Assembly: GCA_965660025.1 (NCBI GenBank)
Contig: CBFHYI010000001.1
Location: 31,906-95,905 of the forward strand
Source: an uncultured Ilumatobacteraceae bacterium
Lineage (GTDB): Bacteria > Actinomycetota > Acidimicrobiia > Acidimicrobiales > Ilumatobacteraceae
Direction: 5' to 3'
Length of the DNA: 64,000 bases
In this document: positions 47,614 to 55,395 of the stretch, piece after piece
Numbering within the stretch: the first letter of the stretch is position 1
Layout: every line of letters starts with the position of its first letter
The notes under the pieces: generated by a model
The model's database searches: none
Told to the model about the DNA's origin: nothing
What the model saw: the letters and a program-made list of their open reading frames with translations, nothing else
Made by a program: the position numbers and the translations under genes

Positions 47614-47657
47614 TGTGCGGGGAGCGACTCCTCCCGGAGAGCCAGACGGCGGAGGGG

Positions 47658-48587
47658 TTAGATCGCCCGACTCGTCGTGGCCGGGCTCGCCACTTTTCCC
47701 TCCGAAGGCGCGGGCTCCTCATCGCTCGGTCGACAAAAAATAGATCTCCACAGATCGGTGATGATCTCTTCAGATGTGCGAGACACGCCTTCTCGCACTC
47801 TCACCCGTCCCGAGAGCGCAACAAGAGCAGCGTCGAGAGTGACCTCATCATCATCGACCGAAAACGATCGCAATTCAGCCAGCTCTCGAGCCACGGCACA
47901 CAGGTCAATCGCACCCCTAATCGACGAACCTGTTCGAAGATCAGGGTGCTCACGGGTGGCACGAACGATCTCAACCGCTGCTGATTGCACACGGGTAGGA
48001 ACGTCATCATGCTGAGACTTAACGACCGACCGTTCATCTTCTGCCGACTGATAACCCATGCCGACCCTGCAGACACGGTCGTACACCGCACCCGCAATGC
48101 GGGCGGTTCCGACCGCATCAAATGGGTTCATCGCCGCAACCAGACGAAAGCCCTCTTGTGCTTCAACCCTCCCGAGCCGTGGCACGTGCACCTCCCGCTC
48201 GCTCATCACGGTGACAAGAGCATTCAGGGTTTCCTCCGGCACGCGATTGATCTCTTCGACGTACAGCAGTGAGCCGTTCCGAAGGGCTCGCACCAGCGGG
48301 CCGTCGACGAAAATGTCGGGTGAATACCCCTCAGCCAGCACCAACGCCGGGTCGAAATGACCGATTAAGCGGGCAGGCGTAAGTTCGGCTGTTCCCTCGA
48401 CAAACTCAAAGCCCAATCCCACCGCAGACGCAACCCCTCGAAGAAGAGTCGACTTGCCGGTTCCTGGCGGCCCTTCCAGCAACACGTGCCGGTCAGCCGC
48501 AAGCGCAGCGACTACCAATTCAGCTTCGCGACGGCGTCCGACCACCTCAGCAGAGAGCTGGTCGACGACCAGTCGAGAAGTCACCAT
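47658..48587 (-). CDS. AAA+ ATPase, MoxR / CbbQ-NorQ-like
   Basis: Walker A LLEGPPGTGKST, Walker B LLYVEEINR, and AAMNPFD. I start it at ATG 48587. The ORF-track start at 48662 overlaps the ADH gene. Confidence 0.8.
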   Translation of the reverse strand: MVTSRLVVDQLSAEVVGRRREAELVVAALAADRHVLLEGPPGTGKSTLLRGVASAVGLGFEFVEGTAELTPARLIGHFDPALVLAEGYSPDIFVDGPLVRALRNGSLLYVEEINRVPEETLNALVTVMSEREVHVPRLGRVEAQEGFRLVAAMNPFDAVGTARIAGAVYDRVCRVGMGYQSAEDERSVVKSQHDDVPTRVQSAAVEIVRATREHPDLRTGSSIRGAIDLCAVARELAELRSFSVDDDEVTLDAALVALSGRVRVREGVSRTSEEIITDLWRSIFCRPSDEEPAPSEGKVASPATTSRAI

Positions 48588-48600
48588 GTCACAGGTTGTT

Positions 48601-49728
48601 TCAGTCGTAGATGATGACGCCGCGAATGTTCTCGCCATTACGCATTGCCTCATACCCCTCATTGATCTGATCGAGGGTGTAGGTCTGCGTCACGAGCTCA
48701 TCAAGTTTCAACTGGCCCTGCGTGTACAGCTCCATAAGCTTTGGAATGTCGGTTCTGATATTGGCTGAACCAAACAGCGACCCGACAATCTCTTTTTCAA
48801 AGAGGGTGAGGAACGCTCCAGGAATCGAGATGGATTGCTCGTGGGTCGGATGAATGTTGGTGACGACGGTTCGTGACTTCTTCGCACTCAACCAGAACGC
48901 TTCGCCGAGCACGCTTCCATCGCCAACGCCCATCGTCATGATGACCTTGTCGAAACCGCGTCCCCACGTTGACTCACCAAGGTTCTCAAGGGCTTCTGCA
49001 ACCGACGCATAGGTATGGGTCGCACCGAACTCCATTGCCATCTCACGCTTGAATTCCACCGGATCGATCGCAGTAATCGAACGAGCTCCTGCGAGCTTCG
49101 CACCCTGAATCGCATTGGAGCCAATACCGCCACAACCAACAACCGCAACAAAGTCGCCCGGCTTGATGTCAGCCGCGTACACGGCTGATCCCCAACCGGT
49201 CACCACGCCACATCCGAGCAAACATGCCTTGTCGAGCGGCCAATCTTTTTCGATCTTCACGCAGCTCGCCTCGTTGACCACCGTGTGCTCCGCGAAGGTG
49301 CCGAGCAAACACATCAGTGTGAGGTCTTTCCCGTCGAGCGTGTGATGTCGGGCGGTGCCATCGGAAATCTGCATGCCTCGCGCAAACTCGGTGCCGCCAA
49401 CATCACACAGGTTTGAGTGTCCTTCGGAGCATGGCCCGCATCGTCCGCATGCCGGGATAAACCCAAAGACGACATGGTCGCCCGGTTCAAGCCACGTCAC
49501 ACCTTCGCCAACTTCAACAACGACTCCGGCACCTTCGTGGCCACCAATGATCGGCATTCCGGCAGTTGCCCCCGCCAGATCGCCGGTTACAAGGTGTTCA
49601 TCGGAATGGCACATTCCTGAGGCGGCAAGCTTCACGAGAACCTCGCCGGCTTTTGGTGGATCTAGTTCTATCTCTTCGATGCTCCATGGTGCGTGAAGCT
49701 CGTGCAAAACCGCTGCTCGTGTCCTCAT
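48601..49728 (-). CDS. Zn-dependent alcohol dehydrogenase, NDMA-dependent (nicotinoprotein, mycofactocin-associated) type
   Basis: 375 aa with catalytic Zn site GMCHSDEH and GGHEGAGVV, and structural Zn site CGRCGPCSEGHSNLC. The C-terminal NGENIRGVIIYD matches my memory of NDMA-ADH family ends. It is divergent from mftA. Confidence 0.75.
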   Translation of the reverse strand: MRTRAAVLHELHAPWSIEEIELDPPKAGEVLVKLAASGMCHSDEHLVTGDLAGATAGMPIIGGHEGAGVVVEVGEGVTWLEPGDHVVFGFIPACGRCGPCSEGHSNLCDVGGTEFARGMQISDGTARHHTLDGKDLTLMCLLGTFAEHTVVNEASCVKIEKDWPLDKACLLGCGVVTGWGSAVYAADIKPGDFVAVVGCGGIGSNAIQGAKLAGARSITAIDPVEFKREMAMEFGATHTYASVAEALENLGESTWGRGFDKVIMTMGVGDGSVLGEAFWLSAKKSRTVVTNIHPTHEQSISIPGAFLTLFEKEIVGSLFGSANIRTDIPKLMELYTQGQLKLDELVTQTYTLDQINEGYEAMRNGENIRGVIIYD

Positions 49729-49839
49729 GTTGATTACCCCCTAGATGTGGCGCCACGACATGGCATGTTCCGTTCCTGAAGAGTAGTAGTCCTTTGCGCC
49801 GAGAGCCATAGCCGGGTCACGACGATGTACCATCTCGGT

Positions 49840-49965
49840 ATGGACACAACCCAGCCTCAGATCACCGAAGAACGTTCAGAAGACGTTTCAGACGCCGAAG
49901 CTGTTGCCGAAGAGCTCGAACTCGTCGAGGAAATTTCCATCGACGGCATGTGCGGCGTCTACTGA
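49840..49965 (+). CDS. mftA: mycofactocin precursor peptide MftA
   Basis: Own translation: MDTTQPQITEERSEDVSDAEAVAEELELVEEISIDGMCGVY*. The canonical C-terminal IDGMCGVY is present. An alternative in-frame ATG lies at 49825. It is below the ORF-track size cutoff. Confidence 0.85.
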   Translation: MDTTQPQITEERSEDVSDAEAVAEELELVEEISIDGMCGVY

Positions 49966-49978
49966 AATTCACCTCGCC

Positions 49979-50236
49979 GTGCTCGATTCGCCTCTCAAGT
50001 TGCACCCCTCGGTCGCCTTGCGCCCCGAGCCGTTTGGCGCACTGGCATACCACTACGACAACCGACGACTGATCTTCTTGAAACACCCGACGATCGTTGA
50101 TGTCGTAAAAGACCTTGAGCAGCATCCCGATCTGCAGTCGACCCTCTCGGCTCACGGCATCGATGAGCAACAGTGGGATAACTACGACAAAGCCATCTGC
50201 TCGCTGATCGAATCAGACGTTGTGGTGGCACGATGA
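49979..50236 (+). CDS. mftB: mycofactocin biosynthesis chaperone MftB (RRE/PqqD-like)
   Basis: From GTG 49979: VLDSPLKLHPSVALRPEPFGALAYHYDNRRLIFLKHPTIVDVV. The ORF-track start at 49904 would overlap mftA. The stop overlaps the mftC ATG (ATGA). Confidence 0.75.
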   Translation: MLDSPLKLHPSVALRPEPFGALAYHYDNRRLIFLKHPTIVDVVKDLEQHPDLQSTLSAHGIDEQQWDNYDKAICSLIESDVVVAR

Positions 50237-51348
50237 CCGCTCTGACCGAGCGCATGAAAGACGGGCTTGACGCCCCGATCTGCATCACTTGGGAATTGAC
50301 CTATTCCTGCAACCTCTCCTGCGTTCACTGCCTTTCATCATCAGGCCGGCGTGACCCGAAAGAACTCACCACCGAAGAAGCCTTCCGAGTTGTCGACGAA
50401 CTGCGCGACATGCAGGTGTTCTACGTCAATATCGGCGGCGGTGAACCAATGATTCGCCGAGACTTCTTCGACATCGTAGAGTACGCAACCTCAAGCGGCG
50501 TTGGTGTGAAGTTTTCAACGAACGGCACATACATCGACGCAGCAACGGCGCAACGGCTCGCAGGAATGGATTATCTCGACATTCAGATCAGCCTCGATGG
50601 TGCCGACGCAGCGACGAATGATGCGATTCGAGGCGAGGGCTCCTACGACACTGCAATGACTGCGATGCGTCACCTCAAAGATGCAGGTTTTGGTGAATTC
50701 AAAATCTCTGTCGTCATCACCCGACACAACATTGCACAGCTCGATGAGTTCAAAGCGATCGCTGACGAGTTCGGTGCCCAACTTCGGATTACCCGGCTTC
50801 GGCCTTCCGGTCGCGCTGTCGATACCTGGGAAGAGCTTCACCCAACCCTTGACCAGCAGCGCACCCTGCACCAGTGGCTGCTCGGTCACGGTGAGAATGT
50901 GTTGACCGGTGACTCGTTCTTCCACCTCAACGCCCTCGGCGAGAGTCTGCCAGGCCTCAATCTCTGTGGAGCCGGCCGAGTCGTGTGCTTGATCGATCCG
51001 ATTGGTGATGTCTACGCGTGCCCGTTCGTTATCCATGATGAATTCCTTGCGGGCAACGTCCGCAATGACGGTGGGTTCGCAGCGGTGTGGCGAACGAGCG
51101 ACTGCTTCGCTGAATTGCGAGGACCTCAATCGGCTGGTGCCTGTGCCTCATGTGGCTCGTGGGATGCCTGTCAAGGCGGATGCATGGCAGCAAAATTTTT
51201 TACGGGTCTGCCCCTCGATGGCCCTGACCCTGAATGCGTTGGTGGTGACGGTGAGTACGCACTGGCGTCTGCTGGTGCGATCCCTCGACCGAGCGGTGAC
51301 CACTCGAAACCGGTTGCGGTTCAGCTTGGTCGACGTAGCAACGTATGA
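50233..51348 (+). CDS. mftC: mycofactocin radical SAM maturase MftC (rSAM/SPASM)
   Basis: 371 aa with the CNLSCVHC radical-SAM cluster, and C-terminal SPASM cysteines (CGAGRVVCLIDPIGDVYACPF, CASCGSWDACQGGC). Confidence 0.85.
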   Translation: MTALTERMKDGLDAPICITWELTYSCNLSCVHCLSSSGRRDPKELTTEEAFRVVDELRDMQVFYVNIGGGEPMIRRDFFDIVEYATSSGVGVKFSTNGTYIDAATAQRLAGMDYLDIQISLDGADAATNDAIRGEGSYDTAMTAMRHLKDAGFGEFKISVVITRHNIAQLDEFKAIADEFGAQLRITRLRPSGRAVDTWEELHPTLDQQRTLHQWLLGHGENVLTGDSFFHLNALGESLPGLNLCGAGRVVCLIDPIGDVYACPFVIHDEFLAGNVRNDGGFAAVWRTSDCFAELRGPQSAGACASCGSWDACQGGCMAAKFFTGLPLDGPDPECVGGDGEYALASAGAIPRPSGDHSKPVAVQLGRRSNV

Positions 51349-51917
51349 CTTGGGCGCTGATCATTGCCGCCGCATATGTCGTCGGCATGTTCCCGAGCGC
51401 GATCCTCGTTGCTCGAGCCGCCGGTATTGACATCACGTCGGTTGGCTCCGGAAACCCAGGCGCAGCGAACATCACTCGGAGCCTCGGCTGGAAACGTGGT
51501 GCCTGGGTCTTTGTGCTCGATGCGGCAAAAGGTGCAGCCGCAGTGGGAGCCGGCCTCGCAATCGATGGTCGGCCACTCGCCTATCTTGCAGGCGCAGCGG
51601 CAATTCTCGGACATTGCTATCCGGCCACTCGAGGCTTCAACGGCGGAAAAGGCGTCGCAACGGGTGGTGGCGCATTTGCAGTGTTAACCCCGCTCGTGTT
51701 CGTGATACTCGTGCCGACATGGGTCGTCATATCAAAGGCAACGAAAACAGCCGCTCTCGCTTCGCTGATCGTGCTGTGCGCAATTCCGGTTGGAGTCTGG
51801 GTGACAGGCCGCGATCTCTGGGAGGTACCAGCCTCGATCGGTATCGCCCTCCTTATCGCTCTTCGTCACGCAAGCAATATTCGGCGGATGCGAAGCGGCT
51901 CTGAACTCAGCCTGTGA
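51345..51917 (+). CDS. plsY: acyl-phosphate:glycerol-3-phosphate acyltransferase PlsY
   Basis: 190 aa with FPSAILVAR, GSGNPGAANITR and FNGGKGVATGGG motifs. Its ATG overlaps the mftC stop (ATGA). Confidence 0.85.
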   Translation: MTWALIIAAAYVVGMFPSAILVARAAGIDITSVGSGNPGAANITRSLGWKRGAWVFVLDAAKGAAAVGAGLAIDGRPLAYLAGAAAILGHCYPATRGFNGGKGVATGGGAFAVLTPLVFVILVPTWVVISKATKTAALASLIVLCAIPVGVWVTGRDLWEVPASIGIALLIALRHASNIRRMRSGSELSL

Positions 51918-51921
51918 TCGA

Positions 51922-52986
51922 CTACAGCTGAAGTTCTCGAAGCAGTTCAGAGAAGTCGTAACCATCGAGACTTGGCAAATGGCGATCGACGACATCGTGG
52001 AGCAGTTGTTGCCATATGTCATGTCGGAAAAAGAAGCGACCCTCGCGCACGACGTAGTTCAACAAGAAGAATCGGTACGCCTCTTTTAAGAACAAGACTT
52101 CTTCTGGGCTCAACGGGAACACCGAGTGGTATGCCCGAAGGAATTGTCGGAACCGAGGTTCGAACATGGTGTGGGCACCATAGGTAAATGTTGAACGGTC
52201 GCCGGTTCGAGATGACACGCGTGAGAGGAAATAGAAATCGAGGAGCCGCGTTTCGTAGCGGAACCAGTCGTAGTCCCATCGACTAAACAAACGAAACCGA
52301 CCAGAATCAGAGAAGTCAACAGAGAAGTTTCCGAGGTTCCAGTCGATGAGCACCGGTTGTTTTGCCCAGTAGTCGTAACCCGACTCATGTACTGCCATCA
52401 GAAATCGATGCGTGTGTCGACGAACAAGATCGATCCTCGAGGGGTCAAGACTGAGTTCGTCTGCCGCTCGCCTGCTGGCAGTCAGGTCGTATAACGCAAT
52501 CGCATCCGATGTGACAGTTTTTGATGTGGGTGGCACGAGGCGAGCAACGCCAGCGGTCGCCCGATGGAACCTTGCCACCTCTTCTCCAAAGTTGGTGACC
52601 TGTTCGGGAGCAAGAATCGCTGGCAGGTGATCCCGCACTTCGACCTCACGGTAAAAGGCGACCCACACATCGCCGTCGTACCACACGTAGGGTCGTCCGT
52701 CGGCGGTGAGTGTGCTGGCCATGAACTGCTCATATGGCCCCCCGTCGAGCAGCCGAGACGTTCGATGCAGGCGATCGTGATCTTCGGCAAAAAGGAAGAA
52801 CGACCCATAATTTGAGGATTTTGCAATGATTGTTCCGCCATCATCGAGCTGCAGCCGGTACACACGGTTTGTTGACACCATCGCCGACAATTCACCAAGG
52901 TCGATGATCTTGCGACCATCGCCATACTCGCTCCACGCCTGCGAAACCGACTGGCGATGCCGCTCGTCGGAAATATCGACAGTCAC
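51922..52986 (-). CDS. protein-kinase-fold phosphotransferase (APH/CotS-like), function unknown
   Basis: 354 aa. VLIDWNLGNF fits the catalytic DxxxxN loop, and RWDYDWF fits the metal-binding D motif. Its GTG start overlaps the copA stop (GTGA). Confidence 0.55.
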   Translation of the reverse strand: MTVDISDERHRQSVSQAWSEYGDGRKIIDLGELSAMVSTNRVYRLQLDDGGTIIAKSSNYGSFFLFAEDHDRLHRTSRLLDGGPYEQFMASTLTADGRPYVWYDGDVWVAFYREVEVRDHLPAILAPEQVTNFGEEVARFHRATAGVARLVPPTSKTVTSDAIALYDLTASRRAADELSLDPSRIDLVRRHTHRFLMAVHESGYDYWAKQPVLIDWNLGNFSVDFSDSGRFRLFSRWDYDWFRYETRLLDFYFLSRVSSRTGDRSTFTYGAHTMFEPRFRQFLRAYHSVFPLSPEEVLFLKEAYRFFLLNYVVREGRFFFRHDIWQQLLHDVVDRHLPSLDGYDFSELLRELQL

Positions 52987-55148
52987 GTTGCCGTCCTGAG
53001 GCGAAGACTGTTTGACACAACAAAGACACTAGATAAGACCATCGCCAGACCAGCGACAAGTGGGGAAAGTTGTCCTGACATGGCAAGGGGGACGGCAGCA
53101 ACGTTGTAACCGAACGCCCACAACAGATTCACCTTGATCGTTCGAAGTGTGCGACGAGACAGTTCAATCGCGTCAACCACCGATGTGAGATCGTTGCGCA
53201 TGAGTGTGAGATCACTGGCGTGAACGGCGACATCTGAACCCGCTCCCATCGAGATTCCAAGATCAGCCGCAGCGAGCGCGGCCGCATCATTCACGCCATC
53301 TCCCACCATCGCGACCTGTCGACCTTCCGTCTGCAGATCGCTAATGAGTGACAACTTCCCTGAGGGGCTGAGCTCTGCGTACACGTCTTCAGAATCGATA
53401 CCGATCTCGTGGGCGATGACGTCTGCGACCGCACGACGGTCACCCGTTGCCATCAGAGGTCGAATTCCAAGGGCTTTCATTTCTGCGATCGCCTCTGCGC
53501 TCGATGGTTTCGCTCGATCGGCAACGAAGATTGTTCCCACCAGTGTCCCATCGACGACCACATCAACGCCGGTCTCTGCGCGTCTCGATGGATCTGCCGA
53601 GGTGCATACCTCAACAATGACGCCTTCTACTGCACCTCGCACGCCAAACCCGGGAATGTTGACCGCATCAACCGCCACCGGGAGCTCACTTTCGATCTCC
53701 TGCAGAGCCGCATCAACGATTGCTCGGGCGATCGGATGTTGGTGCGATGCTTCGACGGCCGCGGCATGGTGAAGCACGTCGTCACGCGACCAGCCACCAA
53801 TGCCGGTGACCGACGTGACCCACATCTGCCCGGTCGTAATCGTGCCAGTCTTGTCGAGAACCAGTGTCTCGACCGTGCGCGTTTGTTCAAGAATGTGAGG
53901 TCCGCTGATCAAGATGCCTGCTCGCGCTCCTCGACTGGTCCCCACGAACAACGCCATTGGAGTTGCGAGTCCAAGGGCGCACGGGCACGCAATGATCAAC
54001 ACCGCAAGACCGGTCGAAAACGCATCTTCAGTTGACGAGCCAAACAGCAGCCATGCGATCGTCGTCACCACCGATAACGCCACAATGACCGGTACAAATA
54101 CCGCCGACACCCGGTCAGCAATTCGTTGAACGGGAGCAGTACCTGACTGGGCATTCATGACGAGTCGTGCGATTGCAGCGACGTGGGTATCTCGGCCGAT
54201 CTTCGTCGCCCGAACGACAAGGACACCGTCACCGTTTATCGCCGTTCCAACAACATCGGAGCCCGGTTCGACCTCAACGGGCACGCTTTCACCGGTGAGC
54301 ATCGACATATCGACCGAAGATGATCCCTCAACGACGACTCCGTCAGTTGCGATTCGATTGCCAGGAGCGACGACAAATACGTCATCAACCTGCAGAGCAT
54401 CATGCTCAACAATGCTTGTTGTTCCATCTGCTCGACGTAACTCGACAGTGTCACCAGCCGTTTCCAGCAGAGCATTCACCGCATCACCAATACGCCGTTT
54501 TGACCGATGCTCGAACCACCTGCCCGCAAGCACGATCGCAACCGTTGTTGACGCCACCTCGAAGTACAGGTGGTCTCCCCCACCGGTAAACGACATCGTC
54601 ATCGACATTCCGATATCACCCGCAGATGTTGCAAGCAATGCCCACACCGACCATGCCAACGAAGCAAGCACGCCAATGGAAATGAGTGTGTCCATGGTGG
54701 TTTCGCCGTGACGAAGATTCAGCACCATCGAACGGTGAAATGGGAAGCCTGACCAGAGAGCGACCGGGAGCGTGAGCCCGAGGGTGAACCATTGCCAGCC
54801 GTCAAACTGCAGGGCACTCACCATCGACATCAACAGCACGGGGATACCGAGTGCGATCGCAACAACAAGTCGGCGTTCGAGATCGACAGAGCGTTCACGC
54901 TGTTCACGGCCAACTCCCTCAGGTGTGCTCGCCTCGTAACCGGTGTGTTCGATTGTCGAGATAAGCGACGCAACGTCGATCGTGTCGGTAGCGGTTACCC
55001 ATGCTCGCTCAGCGGCATAATTTACTGAGGCTTCGACGCCATCAATTCGGTTGAGTCGCCGCTCGATGCGAGATGCGCAGGCTGCGCACGTCATTCCGCC
55101 GATGACGAGTTCGACGGTGACTTCAGGCGACGTCGAATCCAGCTTCAT
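52983..55148 (-). CDS. copA: copper-translocating P1B-type ATPase
   Basis: HMA domain GMTCAACASRIE, TM6 CPCALGLATP, phosphorylation site DKTGTITTG, and hinge GDGVNDAAALA. I start it at ATG 55148 (MKLDSTSPEV), which overlaps the copZ end by 26 nt. Confidence 0.93.
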   Translation of the reverse strand: MKLDSTSPEVTVELVIGGMTCAACASRIERRLNRIDGVEASVNYAAERAWVTATDTIDVASLISTIEHTGYEASTPEGVGREQRERSVDLERRLVVAIALGIPVLLMSMVSALQFDGWQWFTLGLTLPVALWSGFPFHRSMVLNLRHGETTMDTLISIGVLASLAWSVWALLATSAGDIGMSMTMSFTGGGDHLYFEVASTTVAIVLAGRWFEHRSKRRIGDAVNALLETAGDTVELRRADGTTSIVEHDALQVDDVFVVAPGNRIATDGVVVEGSSSVDMSMLTGESVPVEVEPGSDVVGTAINGDGVLVVRATKIGRDTHVAAIARLVMNAQSGTAPVQRIADRVSAVFVPVIVALSVVTTIAWLLFGSSTEDAFSTGLAVLIIACPCALGLATPMALFVGTSRGARAGILISGPHILEQTRTVETLVLDKTGTITTGQMWVTSVTGIGGWSRDDVLHHAAAVEASHQHPIARAIVDAALQEIESELPVAVDAVNIPGFGVRGAVEGVIVEVCTSADPSRRAETGVDVVVDGTLVGTIFVADRAKPSSAEAIAEMKALGIRPLMATGDRRAVADVIAHEIGIDSEDVYAELSPSGKLSLISDLQTEGRQVAMVGDGVNDAAALAAADLGISMGAGSDVAVHASDLTLMRNDLTSVVDAIELSRRTLRTIKVNLLWAFGYNVAAVPLAMSGQLSPLVAGLAMVLSSVFVVSNSLRLRTAT

Positions 55149-55329
55149 CAATCGCTGCGACAACTGCTCCATGATCAACCCCTGAACCGGTGACCGTGAC
55201 CAACTTTGTTGCAAGGTCAACCACTACCGACGACACACCGGCAACCTCTGATACCTCCTTTTGGATTGCGGCCTCGCAGTGACCACATGTCATTTCAGGA
55301 ACAGAGAGTTCGAGTTGAGTACTACCCAC
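55123..55329 (-). CDS. copZ: copper chaperone CopZ (HMA domain)
   Basis: 68 aa with MTCGHCEAAIQKEV metal-binding loop and a ferredoxin-like fold length. Confidence 0.9.
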   Translation of the reverse strand: MGSTQLELSVPEMTCGHCEAAIQKEVSEVAGVSSVVVDLATKLVTVTGSGVDHGAVVAAIDEAGFDVA

Positions 55330-55395
55330 GGCCTACACGTTATGCCATCGCTCAGCGATGCACCACCGGAGGTATCTAGCGCTTACCCGTCGAGC

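Noticed and set aside
48588-48662. 25-codon extension of the AAA+ ATPase ORF
   Set aside because: It overlaps the 3' end of the ADH gene and encodes a Ser/Thr/Cys-rich non-conserved-looking peptide. ATG 48587 is preferred, though no SD is visible.
50515-51129. 204-aa minus-strand ORF inside the mycofactocin locus
   Set aside because: It is antisense to mftC. It has no recognisable domain, and the mftC frame carries the rSAM/SPASM motifs.
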